From contig NC_000916.1 of assembly GCF_000008645.1 (NCBI RefSeq), positions 120,001 through 152,000 of the forward strand: 32,000 nt of DNA, given 5' to 3'. Position numbers and translations under genes: made by a program. Of the stretch, positions 17,637 through 26,693 are shown one piece after another; position 1 is the stretch's first letter, and each line of letters starts with the position of its first letter. The notes under the pieces are model-generated. The model saw nothing but the letters and a program-made list of their open reading frames with translations. It was not told the DNA's origin and made no database searches. This DNA is from Methanothermobacter thermautotrophicus str. Delta H. GTDB taxonomy: Archaea > Methanobacteriota > Methanobacteria > Methanobacteriales > Methanothermobacteraceae.

Positions 17637-19136
17637 ATGCCTTTTAAGGTTGAAAGAAAGGAAGAGGTATGTAAGAGGAACTTTGATCGTCCCGGCTGCT
17701 GCTGGTACATGTGCGATAACAGGGACGAGTCACTCTGTGCAAACTGTTACTCATGCTACAACAACTGTCCACATGACGTATACGAGATAATAAACGGGGA
17801 ACCCGTACCAGTAAGGCATGAAAACTGTGTAGGGTGCCGCATATGTGAAGAAATGTGTCCTAACAATGCGATAGAGGTTAACGCGGTACCTGAAGATCGC
17901 AGGAACGTGTGGTCATTTGCTGACCTCCTTGAAATAGAGAGGAAGTCAAGGGAAGGCTCATACAAGGTCCGTGGCTGCGGTGCCGTCAGGAGGATACCAA
18001 CCTTTGATGACCTTGTCATCATCCCGGCCCAGGTATCCAGGCCACCCATAGACAAGTACAGGGAGCCCTGCAACACCAGGGTCGTGATAGGTGACAGGTA
18101 CGCCGAGAACCCCCTTGAACTTGACACACCCATCATGATAGCCGCCATGTCCTTCGGCGCCCTCAGCAAGGAGGCCAAGATAGCCCTCGCAATGGGTGCC
18201 AGCCTCGCAGGAACAGCCACCAACACAGGTGAGGGTGGAATGCTCCCTGAGGAGCGCAGATACGCCTCCAAGCTCATTGCACAGTACGCATCAGGCCGCT
18301 TCGGTGTATCAGCAGAGTACCTCAACAACTCAGAGGCCATCGAGATAAAGATAGGTCAGGGCGCCAAGTCAGGTATGGGCGGCCACCTCCTTGCAGAGAA
18401 GGTCACAGCCGAGGTCTCAAGGATAAGGATGATACCGGAGGGGACCGATGCACTGAGCCCTGCCAGGCACATGGACATAGTGGGTCCTGAGGATCTGAGC
18501 ATGAAGATATCACAGCTGCGTGAGATAACAGACTGGAAGGTCCCCATAATGGTCAAGTTCACCTCAGGCAGGGTTGCAGATGATGTTAAGATAGCTGCAA
18601 AGGCGGGTGCAGACGCCGTTGTTGTGGATGGTATGCAGGGCGGTACAGGGGCCGGTCCCGATGTTGTAACCGAGCACTCAGGTATACCCACAATCGCGGC
18701 CATAGTGGAGGCAGATGAGGCACTCAAGGAGGTCAACCTCCGTGATGAGGTGAGTCTTATCGCTGCAGGGGGTATAAGGAGCGGGGCTGATGTTGCAAAG
18801 GCCATAGCCCTCGGTGCAGATGCAGTCTACATAGGTACAGCAGCCCTGGTGTCAATCGGCTGCCGTGTCTGCCAGATGTGTTACACAGGCACCTGCAGGA
18901 AGGGTATCGCAACCCAGGACCCCCGCCTCAGGAAGCGCCTTGACTATGTGGAGGCAGGTAAGAACGTTGCAAGGTACATAGAGGCAATGACAGAGGAGGT
19001 CTGCATGCTCACACAGCAGGCAGGTAACACCGATGTGAGCAAACTTGAAAAGGACGACCTCAGGGCCCTTACAGTTGAAGCCTCCGCACTCACAGGGGTT
19101 AAACTGGCAGGTATGGAGTCACCGGCCAGGTTCTAA
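17637..19136 (+). CDS. Glutamate synthase central/FMN-binding domain with N-terminal ferredoxin motifs (archaeal type)
   Basis: CANCYSCYNNCPHD and CVGCRICEEMCPNNAIEV; then MIAAMSFGALSKEAKIALAMGASLAGTATNTGEGGM, IKIGQGAKSGMGGHLLAEKV, VVVDGMQGGTGAGPDV, IAAGGIRSGADVAKAIALGADAVYIGTAAL, GTCRKGIATQDP. Confidence 0.95.
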   Translation: MPFKVERKEEVCKRNFDRPGCCWYMCDNRDESLCANCYSCYNNCPHDVYEIINGEPVPVRHENCVGCRICEEMCPNNAIEVNAVPEDRRNVWSFADLLEIERKSREGSYKVRGCGAVRRIPTFDDLVIIPAQVSRPPIDKYREPCNTRVVIGDRYAENPLELDTPIMIAAMSFGALSKEAKIALAMGASLAGTATNTGEGGMLPEERRYASKLIAQYASGRFGVSAEYLNNSEAIEIKIGQGAKSGMGGHLLAEKVTAEVSRIRMIPEGTDALSPARHMDIVGPEDLSMKISQLREITDWKVPIMVKFTSGRVADDVKIAAKAGADAVVVDGMQGGTGAGPDVVTEHSGIPTIAAIVEADEALKEVNLRDEVSLIAAGGIRSGADVAKAIALGADAVYIGTAALVSIGCRVCQMCYTGTCRKGIATQDPRLRKRLDYVEAGKNVARYIEAMTEEVCMLTQQAGNTDVSKLEKDDLRALTVEASALTGVKLAGMESPARF

Positions 19137-19147
19137 TCCCCTAAAAC

Positions 19148-19167
19148 CTTTTTTGATCCTTTTTACT
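19148..19167 (+). terminator. Candidate archaeal oligo-T terminator downstream of the glutamate synthase operon
   Basis: CTTTTTTGATCCTTTTTAC just after the stop at 19136. Confidence 0.5.
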
Positions 19168-19237
19168 TCAGATAAACTGGATTCAGACAATTTTTCATTT
19201 TTCTGTTTTTAAATTTTTTCATTTCATTCGCTCTGAA

Positions 19238-19250
19238 AATTATTTAAATG
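19238..19250 (+). promoter_or_regulatory. Candidate TATA box for the MFS gene
   Basis: AATTATTTAAATG about 45-55 bp upstream of the TTG start at 19294; GGAGG at 19282. Confidence 0.5.
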
Positions 19251-19293
19251 GCCCACCCTATAGTAATAACCAGTTTTTTCTGGAGGGAAAAAT

Positions 19294-20670
19294 TTGAATG
19301 AGTACAATGACAGGTCACTGCGTTTGTATGTGCTTATAGCGGCAACACTTTCATCATTTCTCACCCCCTTCATGGGTTCATCAATCAATGTGGCGCTTCC
19401 TGTTATAGCGCTGCAGTTTAAAATCGATGCAATACTCCAGACATGGATACCCACGGCCTTTCTCCTGGCAGCCGCCATATTTGCGGTCCCCTTCGGGAGG
19501 CTGTCTGAGATATACGGGATGAAGAGGGTCTTCGTCTATGGTAACATAATCTTCACTGTTTCAGCGATTCTCTCGGCCTTCTCACCCTCAGCCATGGCAC
19601 TGATAGTGTTCAGGGCCATCCAGGGCGTCGGGTCGGCCATGATATTCGTGACGGGCCTTGCCATACTCACAAGGGTCTTCCCGCCCTATGAGCGGGGTAA
19701 GGCCATAGGGATAAACACGGCCGCAGTCTACATTGGCCTCTCAATGGGACCGGTCCTCGGGGGATTCCTCACAAGGTTCCTGGGATGGCAGAGCATATTC
19801 CTCTCTACGGTACCCCTGACAGTCATCGTCCTCGCGGTTAGTCTCCTTAGAATTGATGGTGAATGGGCAGATGCTGCCGGCGAAACCTTCGATATCCCCG
19901 GATCCATATCCTACTGTATCTTCCTGTTTCTACTCATGTATGGATTCTCAGCTCTCCCTGATACCATGGGGGCCCTCATGATCCTCCTGAGCATAGGGGC
20001 CTTCGCTGTTTTCCTCAGAATGGAGCTGTCATCAACCAGCCCTGTCTTCAATGTGAGGCTCTTCAGGAACCTTACCTTCAGCTTCTCAAGCCTTGCAGCC
20101 CTCATAAATTACAGTGCAACCTTTGCAGTATCACTCCTCCTCAGCTACCACCTCCAGTATATCAAGGGCCTTGACCCTGGCTCAAGCGGCCTCATACTGG
20201 TGACACAGCCCATCGTCATGGCCCTGGTGGCGCCAGTGGCGGGCAGGGCATCTGACAGGTTCAACCCCCAGACACTTGCAGGTATCGGCATGGCTGTGAC
20301 CTCCCTGGCGCTCCTAAGCCTCAGCATACTCGATAGAACCACCCCTGTGCCAATGATAATCGTATCACTCTTCGTGCTGGGACTGGGCTTCGGTTTCTTC
20401 TCATCACCCAACACCAATGCCATAATGGGTTCCGTTGAGAGGAAGGACTATGGTATTGCATCGGCAACCGTCAGCTCCATGAGGCTCATAGGCCAGGCCT
20501 TCAGCATAGGGATAGTGACGCTTATCTTCGCATTCCTCATAGGGAGGGTTCCAATCTCTCCTGCAAACTATGACCTCCTCATAGAGAGCACAAGGATATG
20601 CTTCCTGATATTCGGCGTGCTATGCTTTGTGGGGGTCTTCGCTGCAACTGCCCGCAGAAACGATGGTTAA
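19294..20670 (+). CDS. MFS drug/efflux transporter, DHA2 (EmrB/QacA-like)
   Basis: Multiple hydrophobic helices; MGSSINVALPVIALQFKIDAILQTWIPTAFLLAAAIFAVPFGRLSEIYGMKRVFVYGNIIF; FRAIQGVGSAMIFVTGLAILTRVFPPYERGKAIG; GPVLGGFL. Confidence 0.93.
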   Translation: MNEYNDRSLRLYVLIAATLSSFLTPFMGSSINVALPVIALQFKIDAILQTWIPTAFLLAAAIFAVPFGRLSEIYGMKRVFVYGNIIFTVSAILSAFSPSAMALIVFRAIQGVGSAMIFVTGLAILTRVFPPYERGKAIGINTAAVYIGLSMGPVLGGFLTRFLGWQSIFLSTVPLTVIVLAVSLLRIDGEWADAAGETFDIPGSISYCIFLFLLMYGFSALPDTMGALMILLSIGAFAVFLRMELSSTSPVFNVRLFRNLTFSFSSLAALINYSATFAVSLLLSYHLQYIKGLDPGSSGLILVTQPIVMALVAPVAGRASDRFNPQTLAGIGMAVTSLALLSLSILDRTTPVPMIIVSLFVLGLGFGFFSSPNTNAIMGSVERKDYGIASATVSSMRLIGQAFSIGIVTLIFAFLIGRVPISPANYDLLIESTRICFLIFGVLCFVGVFAATARRNDG

Positions 20671-20753
20671 ATGGATCCTTATCTACTTAAATCATTTTCT
20701 TTTGCAGTTAGGTGCTGTAATAGGGATGCCGGGTCTGGTCCTCTAAAGAACAT

Positions 20754-22130
20754 TCACTCAGGGCTAAACTTTAGGTTTTCTATATCCTCAAGATCCCAGA
20801 TTAGGCCCCCTTTAATTTTCTCTTTATCTTTCACTCTTTTTGCTATTATTCCATGGTATTGTTCCCATTCTTTCATTTTAAGGATCTTGGATTTTCTATT
20901 GAGGTCTTTCAGGATCTTGTTTGCCTCTATTTTGTTCAGAGTTTTCCATTTAACCTCGATGAGAATTGCTTTCTCTTCCTTTTCATTGAAAGCTACAAGG
21001 TCTATTTCTTCGTTCTTGTGCCACCAGCGGCCAATTTTCAGGGGTTTGAATGGTAGTTTATTGGATATTAGGGGGAGGAATTCTATTGCAACATTTTCAA
21101 AGATTCCGCCCAGGTAATTTGGAAGATCGTCAATGATTAATTCTAGCAGTTCTTTTCTTCTTTCGCTTTCTATGAAGTCAATGTTTGGGTGGATGTAACG
21201 GAACCAGAAGGCAAAATAGTTGTCCTTTATGTAATAGCGTCCCCTTCTACTTTTTCGGCTTGCGGTTATCGGGATTTCGCGCTTTACAAAATCCAGCTCA
21301 ATGAGAACGGACAGGTATTTGGCTACAGTTGCTCTGCTAAGACCCGTTTCGTTCATTATTTCTCCTAGAGAAGTTTTTCCAGCTGCTACTGCTTCCATTA
21401 TGGCGAAATAATTTCTTGGTTCTTCAAGTTCTTCTCGGAGAACGAAAAAGGCGTCCTGATAAAGTAATGAATCACTCCTCAGATATTCTAAGAGATTTTC
21501 TTTGATGGTTTTACTATCATCAAATTCCAGTAGATGGGCTGGGCTTCCTCCAAGAATACCGTAGGCTTTTATGAAATCTTCAAGTGAATATCCTGGCAAA
21601 AATTCTCTTGCATGCAAAAAATCCACGGGTTTAAGGTTTATCTGGCCTGTTCTCCTCCCATAGATAGGGCTTTTGTAGCCGAGCAGTTTCTCCATCATGC
21701 TGATGGAAGAACCACAAATTATGAGGAAGATCCTGCCATTTGAAAGTTTTAAATCCCAATATTCCTGAAGAATTGATGGGAGTGACCGATCACCCTTAAC
21801 CAGGTAAGGAAACTCGTCTATTACCACTACCAATCTTTCAGTGGCTTTTTGATTTAAGTATTCTAAGAAGGCGTCCCAATTTTGGAATGGGTTCCTTTTA
21901 AGAAAATCATCCCCAAAATATTCGGATAATCTATCAGAAAAACGTTTTAGATTTTCGAGATTGCTTGTCTCCCTGGCCAGTAAGTATATTCCACCATGTC
22001 TACTTATAAATTCCAGTAAAAGAGCTGTCTTTCCCACTCTCCTTCTCCCGTAGATAACTATAAACTCTGGTCCGCCCATTTCATATCTTCTTTCAAGGAA
22101 TTGCAATTCCCTTTCACGATCCAGAAACAT
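20754..22130 (-). CDS. Archaeal ATPase (PF01637-like) with C-terminal DUF234 / PD-(D/E)xK-like domain
   Basis: FLDRERELQFLERRYEMGGPEFIVIYGRRRVGKTALLLEF Walker A, ERLVVVIDEFPYLVK Walker B, wHTH-like SLGEIMNETGLSRATVAKYLSVLIELDFVKRE, C-terminal EEIDLVAFNEKEEKAILIEVKWK. Confidence 0.88.
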   Translation of the reverse strand: MFLDRERELQFLERRYEMGGPEFIVIYGRRRVGKTALLLEFISRHGGIYLLARETSNLENLKRFSDRLSEYFGDDFLKRNPFQNWDAFLEYLNQKATERLVVVIDEFPYLVKGDRSLPSILQEYWDLKLSNGRIFLIICGSSISMMEKLLGYKSPIYGRRTGQINLKPVDFLHAREFLPGYSLEDFIKAYGILGGSPAHLLEFDDSKTIKENLLEYLRSDSLLYQDAFFVLREELEEPRNYFAIMEAVAAGKTSLGEIMNETGLSRATVAKYLSVLIELDFVKREIPITASRKSRRGRYYIKDNYFAFWFRYIHPNIDFIESERRKELLELIIDDLPNYLGGIFENVAIEFLPLISNKLPFKPLKIGRWWHKNEEIDLVAFNEKEEKAILIEVKWKTLNKIEANKILKDLNRKSKILKMKEWEQYHGIIAKRVKDKEKIKGGLIWDLEDIENLKFSPE

Positions 22131-22468
22131 TATTTACTCACCAGTAATTTACTTAAGAGTAAACTATTATAAAAATTTTGGGACACTCAAAAGGGCCTTG
22201 TGGATAGATCCAAAGATATACCCTTCATGCTTTGATGGGTTCTGTACCTTTCTGTCGTGTCCGGGATCCCACCGCTGTATTTTATGAGATTTTACATGTA
22301 TCTGCAGCTTGTGTAACGCTCCCACCTTGGTGGCAGAGGTCTGCACGTTTTTCACTCATGACCTGCTGAATGATCCCTCAGTTCATGGAATCACATATTT
22401 AGATTGGTCAACATAATTATACTGGAAGATGAAGAGGGATCATAATCATGCTCTCACGGCGTGGTAAA

Positions 22469-23167
22469 ATGAAGAGGATAAAGGTGCTCAGGAACGGCCC
22501 CTACCTTGTTGAGGGCTCAGTACCCCTCTATGAAGAGGTCATAGTAACCGATGAGGAGGGCCATACAAGGGAATTTGTTGAGAGGAGACAGTTCCCCCTT
22601 AAGGAGAGGTACGTGCTCTGTCGCTGTGGGGAATCAGGGAATAAACCCTACTGTGACGGTACACACATCAGAACAGGATTTGACGGGACCGAGACAGCAT
22701 CACTGGAACCCTACATTGAAAGGGCAAGGGTCTTCAGGGCGGGAGACCTTGAACTCACAGACGTACCCGAACTCTGCGACCATTCAAGGTTCTGCCTCAG
22801 GGCCGGCGGTATAAGGGAACTCCTTAGGAAGGGAGATAGGGAGAGCATACAGATAGCCATAGAGGAGGCAATGATCTGCCCGTCCGGCAGGCTGGTCCTC
22901 TGGGACAGGAAAACAGGTAAACCCTATGAGAGGGACTATGAGAAATCCATAGTGGTCATCCATGATAAACAGAAGAGGTGCGAGGGCCCCCTCTGGGTGA
23001 GGGGTGGCATACCCATAGAGTCTGCCGATGGAAGGGAGTATGAGGTTAGAAACAGGGTTACCCTCTGCCGCTGCGGATTATCTGAGAACAAACCCTTCTG
23101 TGATGGAAGCCACTGGATGACTGCAGAGGAAAAACTTGAGTTTAAAAGAAAATGGGGGATTGAATAG
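22469..23167 (+). CDS. CDGSH iron-sulfur domain protein (two CDGSH motifs plus Fer4_19-like segment)
   Basis: CRCGESGNKPYCDGTH and CRCGLSENKPFCDGSH; central CDHSRFCLRAGG...MICPSGRLVLWD. ATG at 22469 preferred over listed 22448. Confidence 0.88.
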   Translation: MKRIKVLRNGPYLVEGSVPLYEEVIVTDEEGHTREFVERRQFPLKERYVLCRCGESGNKPYCDGTHIRTGFDGTETASLEPYIERARVFRAGDLELTDVPELCDHSRFCLRAGGIRELLRKGDRESIQIAIEEAMICPSGRLVLWDRKTGKPYERDYEKSIVVIHDKQKRCEGPLWVRGGIPIESADGREYEVRNRVTLCRCGLSENKPFCDGSHWMTAEEKLEFKRKWGIE

Positions 23168-23170
23168 CAG

Positions 23171-23647
23171 TTACTCCACTTTTCTTTTCATCCACAGGGC
23201 CCCGATCACCATGCCCAGGGTAACCCCTATGAGGGCACCCGATGAGAATGGTGTCAGAAAGTCTGTGCCCCCCTCCTCGGGGTTAACAGAGTTCAGCTCA
23301 AGGAGCTTATCCCTTACTGATGCCTCATCGGCGCTGCAGTACATTACCCTGTATGCTACCTCGGGGTGAGCCTTAAGGAAGGAACTCACGGTGTCCTGGT
23401 AGGCAACTGCAAGTATCTTCTTATTCGGGTTTCCGAGGGCATGCTCCAGTTCATGCTCAACATCAGCGGCACTCTGGAAACGGTATACCGTGACGTTGAC
23501 CCCGAGATCATCCGCAACTGATCTTGCAAGTTTTCCCGTTGAATTATCAGCTATTACAATGAAGGACTCAGGGGTTATCTCCATCCCGTGGGCAGCCACT
23601 CCACCCATGAGGAGGAATACCAGGAGAACTGCCAGTTCAATTCTCAT
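23171..23647 (-). CDS. Membrane protein with signal peptide and C-terminal TM, CbiM/NikM-associated
   Basis: 158 aa; N-terminal IELAVLLVFLLMGGVAAHG and C-terminal FSSGALIGVTLGMVIGALWMKRK; immediately downstream of a cbiM-like gene. Confidence 0.6.
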   Translation of the reverse strand: MRIELAVLLVFLLMGGVAAHGMEITPESFIVIADNSTGKLARSVADDLGVNVTVYRFQSAADVEHELEHALGNPNKKILAVAYQDTVSSFLKAHPEVAYRVMYCSADEASVRDKLLELNSVNPEEGGTDFLTPFSSGALIGVTLGMVIGALWMKRKVE

Positions 23648-24271
23648 TTACACCCTCTCCATCATGGTTAATTCTGGTTTCATCCTCTCAAGGAAGGATA
23701 CAATGAATATGTTCGCAGCACCCTCTATGACCCCCACAAAGATGTAGAACGGTATAAGTGTCGCCATCAGCATTTCAGGACCAGCAACACCCGCTGCAAG
23801 GAGTATCATGATGTGGAACACCGTGGCAACCATTATACCGAAGAAGGTGGCGGTGAAGACTGCGAGGCTCCTGTCAAGTTCACTCACAACACTGTAGACC
23901 GCGTATGTACCGACACCGAGGCCTATACCCATTGTGAGTATGTTGGCACCCATACTTGTCAGGCCACCCATACCCAGTATGAAGAACTGGATTACCAGGC
24001 AGAGGGTTGCAACGATGACGGCTGTGAGGGGTCCCAGCAGTATGGCTGCGAGGGGTATGAGGAAGAAGTGTACCGGGACACCGAAGGGTGATGGTACGGA
24101 TATGGAGGATACAGCCGCTGCAGCCGCAGCAAAAAGGCCCGTTCCAACGATTCTCCTTTCCTTCTGGGGTTTCTTTGAGAATATGTAGAAGAATATTCCT
24201 ATGTTTATGAGCGCCACAGCCCAGTAGACTGCGCACTGCCATAATGGTATGATTCCGTCGGGTATATGCAC
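23648..24271 (-). CDS. CbiM/NikM-like energy-coupling factor transporter substrate-binding (S) component
   Basis: MHIPDGIIPLWQCAVYWAVALI (His2 N-terminal metal-binding signature), VPVHFFLIPLAAILLGPLTAVIVATLCLVIQFFILGMGGLTSMGANILTMGI. Confidence 0.9.
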   Translation of the reverse strand: MHIPDGIIPLWQCAVYWAVALINIGIFFYIFSKKPQKERRIVGTGLFAAAAAAVSSISVPSPFGVPVHFFLIPLAAILLGPLTAVIVATLCLVIQFFILGMGGLTSMGANILTMGIGLGVGTYAVYSVVSELDRSLAVFTATFFGIMVATVFHIMILLAAGVAGPEMLMATLIPFYIFVGVIEGAANIFIVSFLERMKPELTMMERV

Positions 24272-24303
24272 TTATCCAGCCTCCATGGGTTAATTAAGAG
24301 AAA

Positions 24304-24747
24304 TCACTGCCTTGGAAATCTTAAGGCTGTTAAACCGAAAACCAGGGAGAGCCCTGCAACTGCCGGGATGAACCCGTACCCTGAGGTTCCTTGTTTCTCT
24401 TTTCCGGTTATGTTCCCTGATGGGGTACTTTCATTCCCATCCTGTCCCTGAATATCGGTTTTATTCTGTGCTGAAACGTCAGCTGCTTCTCCCTGAGCTG
24501 AACCTGTTTCCACACCTCCACTCGGGGATTTACTGGTCTTTGTCCCTGAACCTGTGCTGCTCCTGTCTGAAGTCTTTTTGGTGGGAGCAGGGGATGTGGT
24601 TGTTGATGAATCAGAGTCGCTGTCACCTGAATCTGAGGGTTCCTCAAGGTAGTAACCGTGACCTGGATGGGCGCATGCATGGTGTGATAAACCGATCACC
24701 AGTGACACCGCAGCCAGCAGTATAAGGATCCTTTTCATGATGATCAC
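24304..24747 (-). CDS. Secreted/membrane-anchored HPGHG-containing protein with Ser/Thr-rich linker and C-terminal TM
   Basis: Signal peptide ILILLAAVSLVIGLSHHACA, then HPGHGYY, low-complexity DSDSSTTTSPAP..., C-terminal FIPAVAGLSLVFGLTALRF; in the CbiM-like gene cluster. Confidence 0.65.
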   Translation of the reverse strand: MIIMKRILILLAAVSLVIGLSHHACAHPGHGYYLEEPSDSGDSDSDSSTTTSPAPTKKTSDRSSTGSGTKTSKSPSGGVETGSAQGEAADVSAQNKTDIQGQDGNESTPSGNITGKEKQGTSGYGFIPAVAGLSLVFGLTALRFPRQ

Positions 24748-24770
24748 CGCTAACTACTTGGTTATCTTCA

Positions 24771-24780
24771 ATATATAAAA
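24771..24780 (-). promoter_or_regulatory. Candidate TATA box for the HPGHG-CbiM cassette
   Basis: Minus strand TTTTATATAT about 25 bp upstream of the start at 24747, implying a very short leader. Confidence 0.5.
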
Positions 24781-24982
24781 TCTTTTATTACTCATTCCCA
24801 GGATTTACAGAATAAAAGTAATACAGAATGGTCTTCAGGGCGGTGGTGCATGTTAAAATCTGGCAGGCCCGGTATTTCCCCCTCCCCAAAAGGGTGTTGA
24901 AGTCAGTTAACTGGTCATCCGGTGGTAACCGTCTCATGGAATGATCTGGAAACACCTTTAACGTGCCGGCGATCAGGCATCT

Positions 24983-25020
24983 TAAAAATAGCGGCTGATG
25001 GATCTTTTTCACCCATCAGC
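24983..25020 (-). terminator. Hairpin followed by a T-run, downstream of the DEAD-box helicase
   Basis: 8-bp perfect inverted repeat GCTGATGG (24994-25001) / CCATCAGC (25013-25020) with 11-nt loop, followed on the minus strand by CGCTATTTTTAAG. Confidence 0.5.
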
Positions 25021-25101
25021 TGTTATGATAATTTAAAGCGTTATTTGCCACTTTCGAGGTATGATGAACTCAGTCAAAAAAGGTTATTGCTCAAAAATTG
25101 A

Positions 25102-26379
25102 TTATTTGGATGATTCCAGTACATCCAGAAGGGCGTGTGAGATGTCCCTGAAACTGTAACCCTCACCAGCAAGGCTCTCAAGGATTTCAGAGTCACTGTA
25201 AGTCTTTGATTCCAGGTTCCTCCTGAGGATCTCCCTGAGGTCCATCTCATATCCCCTCCTTATCTCCTCAGGGGAGGGCATGTTGCTCTGCTTTATCCTC
25301 TTACCTGTGAATGACTGGATCCTTCTCAGGCGGTGAACCTCACTTCCAACGACGAGGGTGAAGGACTTCCCGCTTGAACCGGCTCGCCCTGTACGGCCTA
25401 TACGGTGAACGTAGTACTCGTTCTCAAAGGGCAGGTCATAGTTCACAACGGCCTCGACATCGGGTACGTGAATACCACGGGCAGCAACATCCGTTGCAAC
25501 AAGGAGACTGAAATCTCCCCTTCTGAATCTCTCCATGACACGCTCACGCTTTGACTGTGAAAGATCACCGTGGATCTCATCTGCAGAGTAACCCATACGG
25601 TTCAGCTGCCTTCTCAACCTCTGGACCCTTCTCTTGGTGTTACAGAATATGAGTCCCATCCTGATATTGTTTGATGAGAGTATCCAGTCGAGGAGCTCAA
25701 CCTTATCCTCCTCCCTGGTTTTGAAGTAGAACTCATCTATCTTGGGGCTGTGCTTCTTCTCCACACGCATAACCTGGGGGTTCCTCATGTACTTCCTTGC
25801 AATCCTGAGTATGGGCTTTGAAACCGTTGCAGAGAAGAGCATGGTCTGCCTTCTCTCAGGTACATGGGATAGTATACGCTCTATGTCATCAATGAATCCC
25901 ATGTTCAGCATTTCATCTGCCTCATCAAGGACAACGGTGGATATACCTCCCAGATCAACGGTCCCCCTCTCGATGTGGTCTATCAGTCTACCAGGGGTTG
26001 CAACGATGACATGAACCCCCCTCCTTAGCTGTGCTATCTGGTTACCGATACTCTGACCACCATAGACCGCGAGGACCTTCACCTTCATGTATTTACCTAT
26101 CCTCTTGATCTCCTCTGAGACCTGGAGACAGAGCTCGCGTGTCGGACAGATTATGAGGGCCTGGGGCACCCTCTCGGCTTCAAGGTTCTCAAGTACGGGT
26201 ATGGCGAATGCAGCTGTTTTTCCGGTCCCTGTCTGGGCCTCACCAACAACGTCCATACCGTCAAGTGTAACAGGTAGTGTAAGTGCCTGGATTGGAGTTG
26301 TGCTCTCAAATCCCATATCATCAAGGGCCCTGTTTATATCCCCTGAGATATCAAACTCACTAAATTCTAATCCTTTCAT
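25102..26379 (-). CDS. DEAD-box ATP-dependent RNA helicase (DeaD/CshA-like)
   Basis: Q motif, AQTGTGKT, PTRELC, VLDEADEMLNMGF, SAT, ARGIHVPDV, HRIGRTGRAG. Confidence 0.96.
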   Translation of the reverse strand: MKGLEFSEFDISGDINRALDDMGFESTTPIQALTLPVTLDGMDVVGEAQTGTGKTAAFAIPVLENLEAERVPQALIICPTRELCLQVSEEIKRIGKYMKVKVLAVYGGQSIGNQIAQLRRGVHVIVATPGRLIDHIERGTVDLGGISTVVLDEADEMLNMGFIDDIERILSHVPERRQTMLFSATVSKPILRIARKYMRNPQVMRVEKKHSPKIDEFYFKTREEDKVELLDWILSSNNIRMGLIFCNTKRRVQRLRRQLNRMGYSADEIHGDLSQSKRERVMERFRRGDFSLLVATDVAARGIHVPDVEAVVNYDLPFENEYYVHRIGRTGRAGSSGKSFTLVVGSEVHRLRRIQSFTGKRIKQSNMPSPEEIRRGYEMDLREILRRNLESKTYSDSEILESLAGEGYSFRDISHALLDVLESSK

Positions 26380-26520
26380 TTTATCTTCCTTAGATTCTTA
26401 AAAATCGATTTATCAATTATCAGCTGCCATCTGGCAGACCATTTTCAAACTGGAAGTTCAGGATTCTGCCAGGCACAGATAATTAAAAATCAGTACACAG
26501 CTACTCTATTGTACCCGGGA

Positions 26521-26530
26521 GTATTTAAAC
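26521..26530 (-). promoter_or_regulatory. Candidate TATA box for the DEAD-box helicase
   Basis: Minus strand GTTTAAATAC about 140 bp upstream of the helicase start, implying a leader of about 115-120 nt. Confidence 0.4.
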
Positions 26531-26564
26531 TGTTGGTTTTTTCATCCGTGAGGTGTTCCTGGAG

Positions 26565-26689
26565 TTGTCTGGGTGGTGTATTCTTTTGTTTGTGGTGTTT
26601 TTTGGGGCTGGTCGCTGTTGTCTGGGTGGTGTATTCTTTTGTTTCCGGTGTTTTTGGCTGCTCTCGAGCGGTGCTGTATTCTTCTGTTT
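26565..26689. repeat. Short direct-repeat cluster, two identical 27-bp copies and a degenerate third
   Basis: TTGTCTGGGTGGTGTATTCTTTTGTTT at 26565-26591 and 26618-26644; degenerate TCGAGCGGTGCTGTATTCTTCTGTTT at about 26663-26689. Confidence 0.8.
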
Positions 26690-26693
26690 CTCT

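Noticed and set aside
17756-18805. Long antisense ORFs (17756..18340 and 18356..18805, minus)
   Set aside because: They lie entirely within the well-supported glutamate synthase FMN-domain gene; sequence is low-information and arises from the complementary codon bias.
20671-21117. 148-aa plus-strand ORF
   Set aside because: Lies antisense to the C-terminal coding region of the ATPase/DUF234 gene; no recognisable motifs.
22167-22355. 62-aa minus-strand ORF in the gap between the ATPase and CDGSH genes
   Set aside because: No recognisable domain; composition looks non-coding. An ncRNA here cannot be excluded but I could not identify one.
24738-24765. Possible NikR-like palindrome TAACCAAGTAGTTA near the HPGHG gene start
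   Set aside because: Only 4-bp arms are complementary; too weak to call an operator without comparative data.
24788-25012. 74-aa minus-strand ORF in the intergenic region
   Set aside because: No motif, no convincing RBS, and it overlaps the terminator-like hairpin of the upstream helicase.
26565-26689. Direct repeats considered as a CRISPR array
   Set aside because: Only two perfect copies, spacers are similar to each other and repeat-derived, and no cas genes are nearby.
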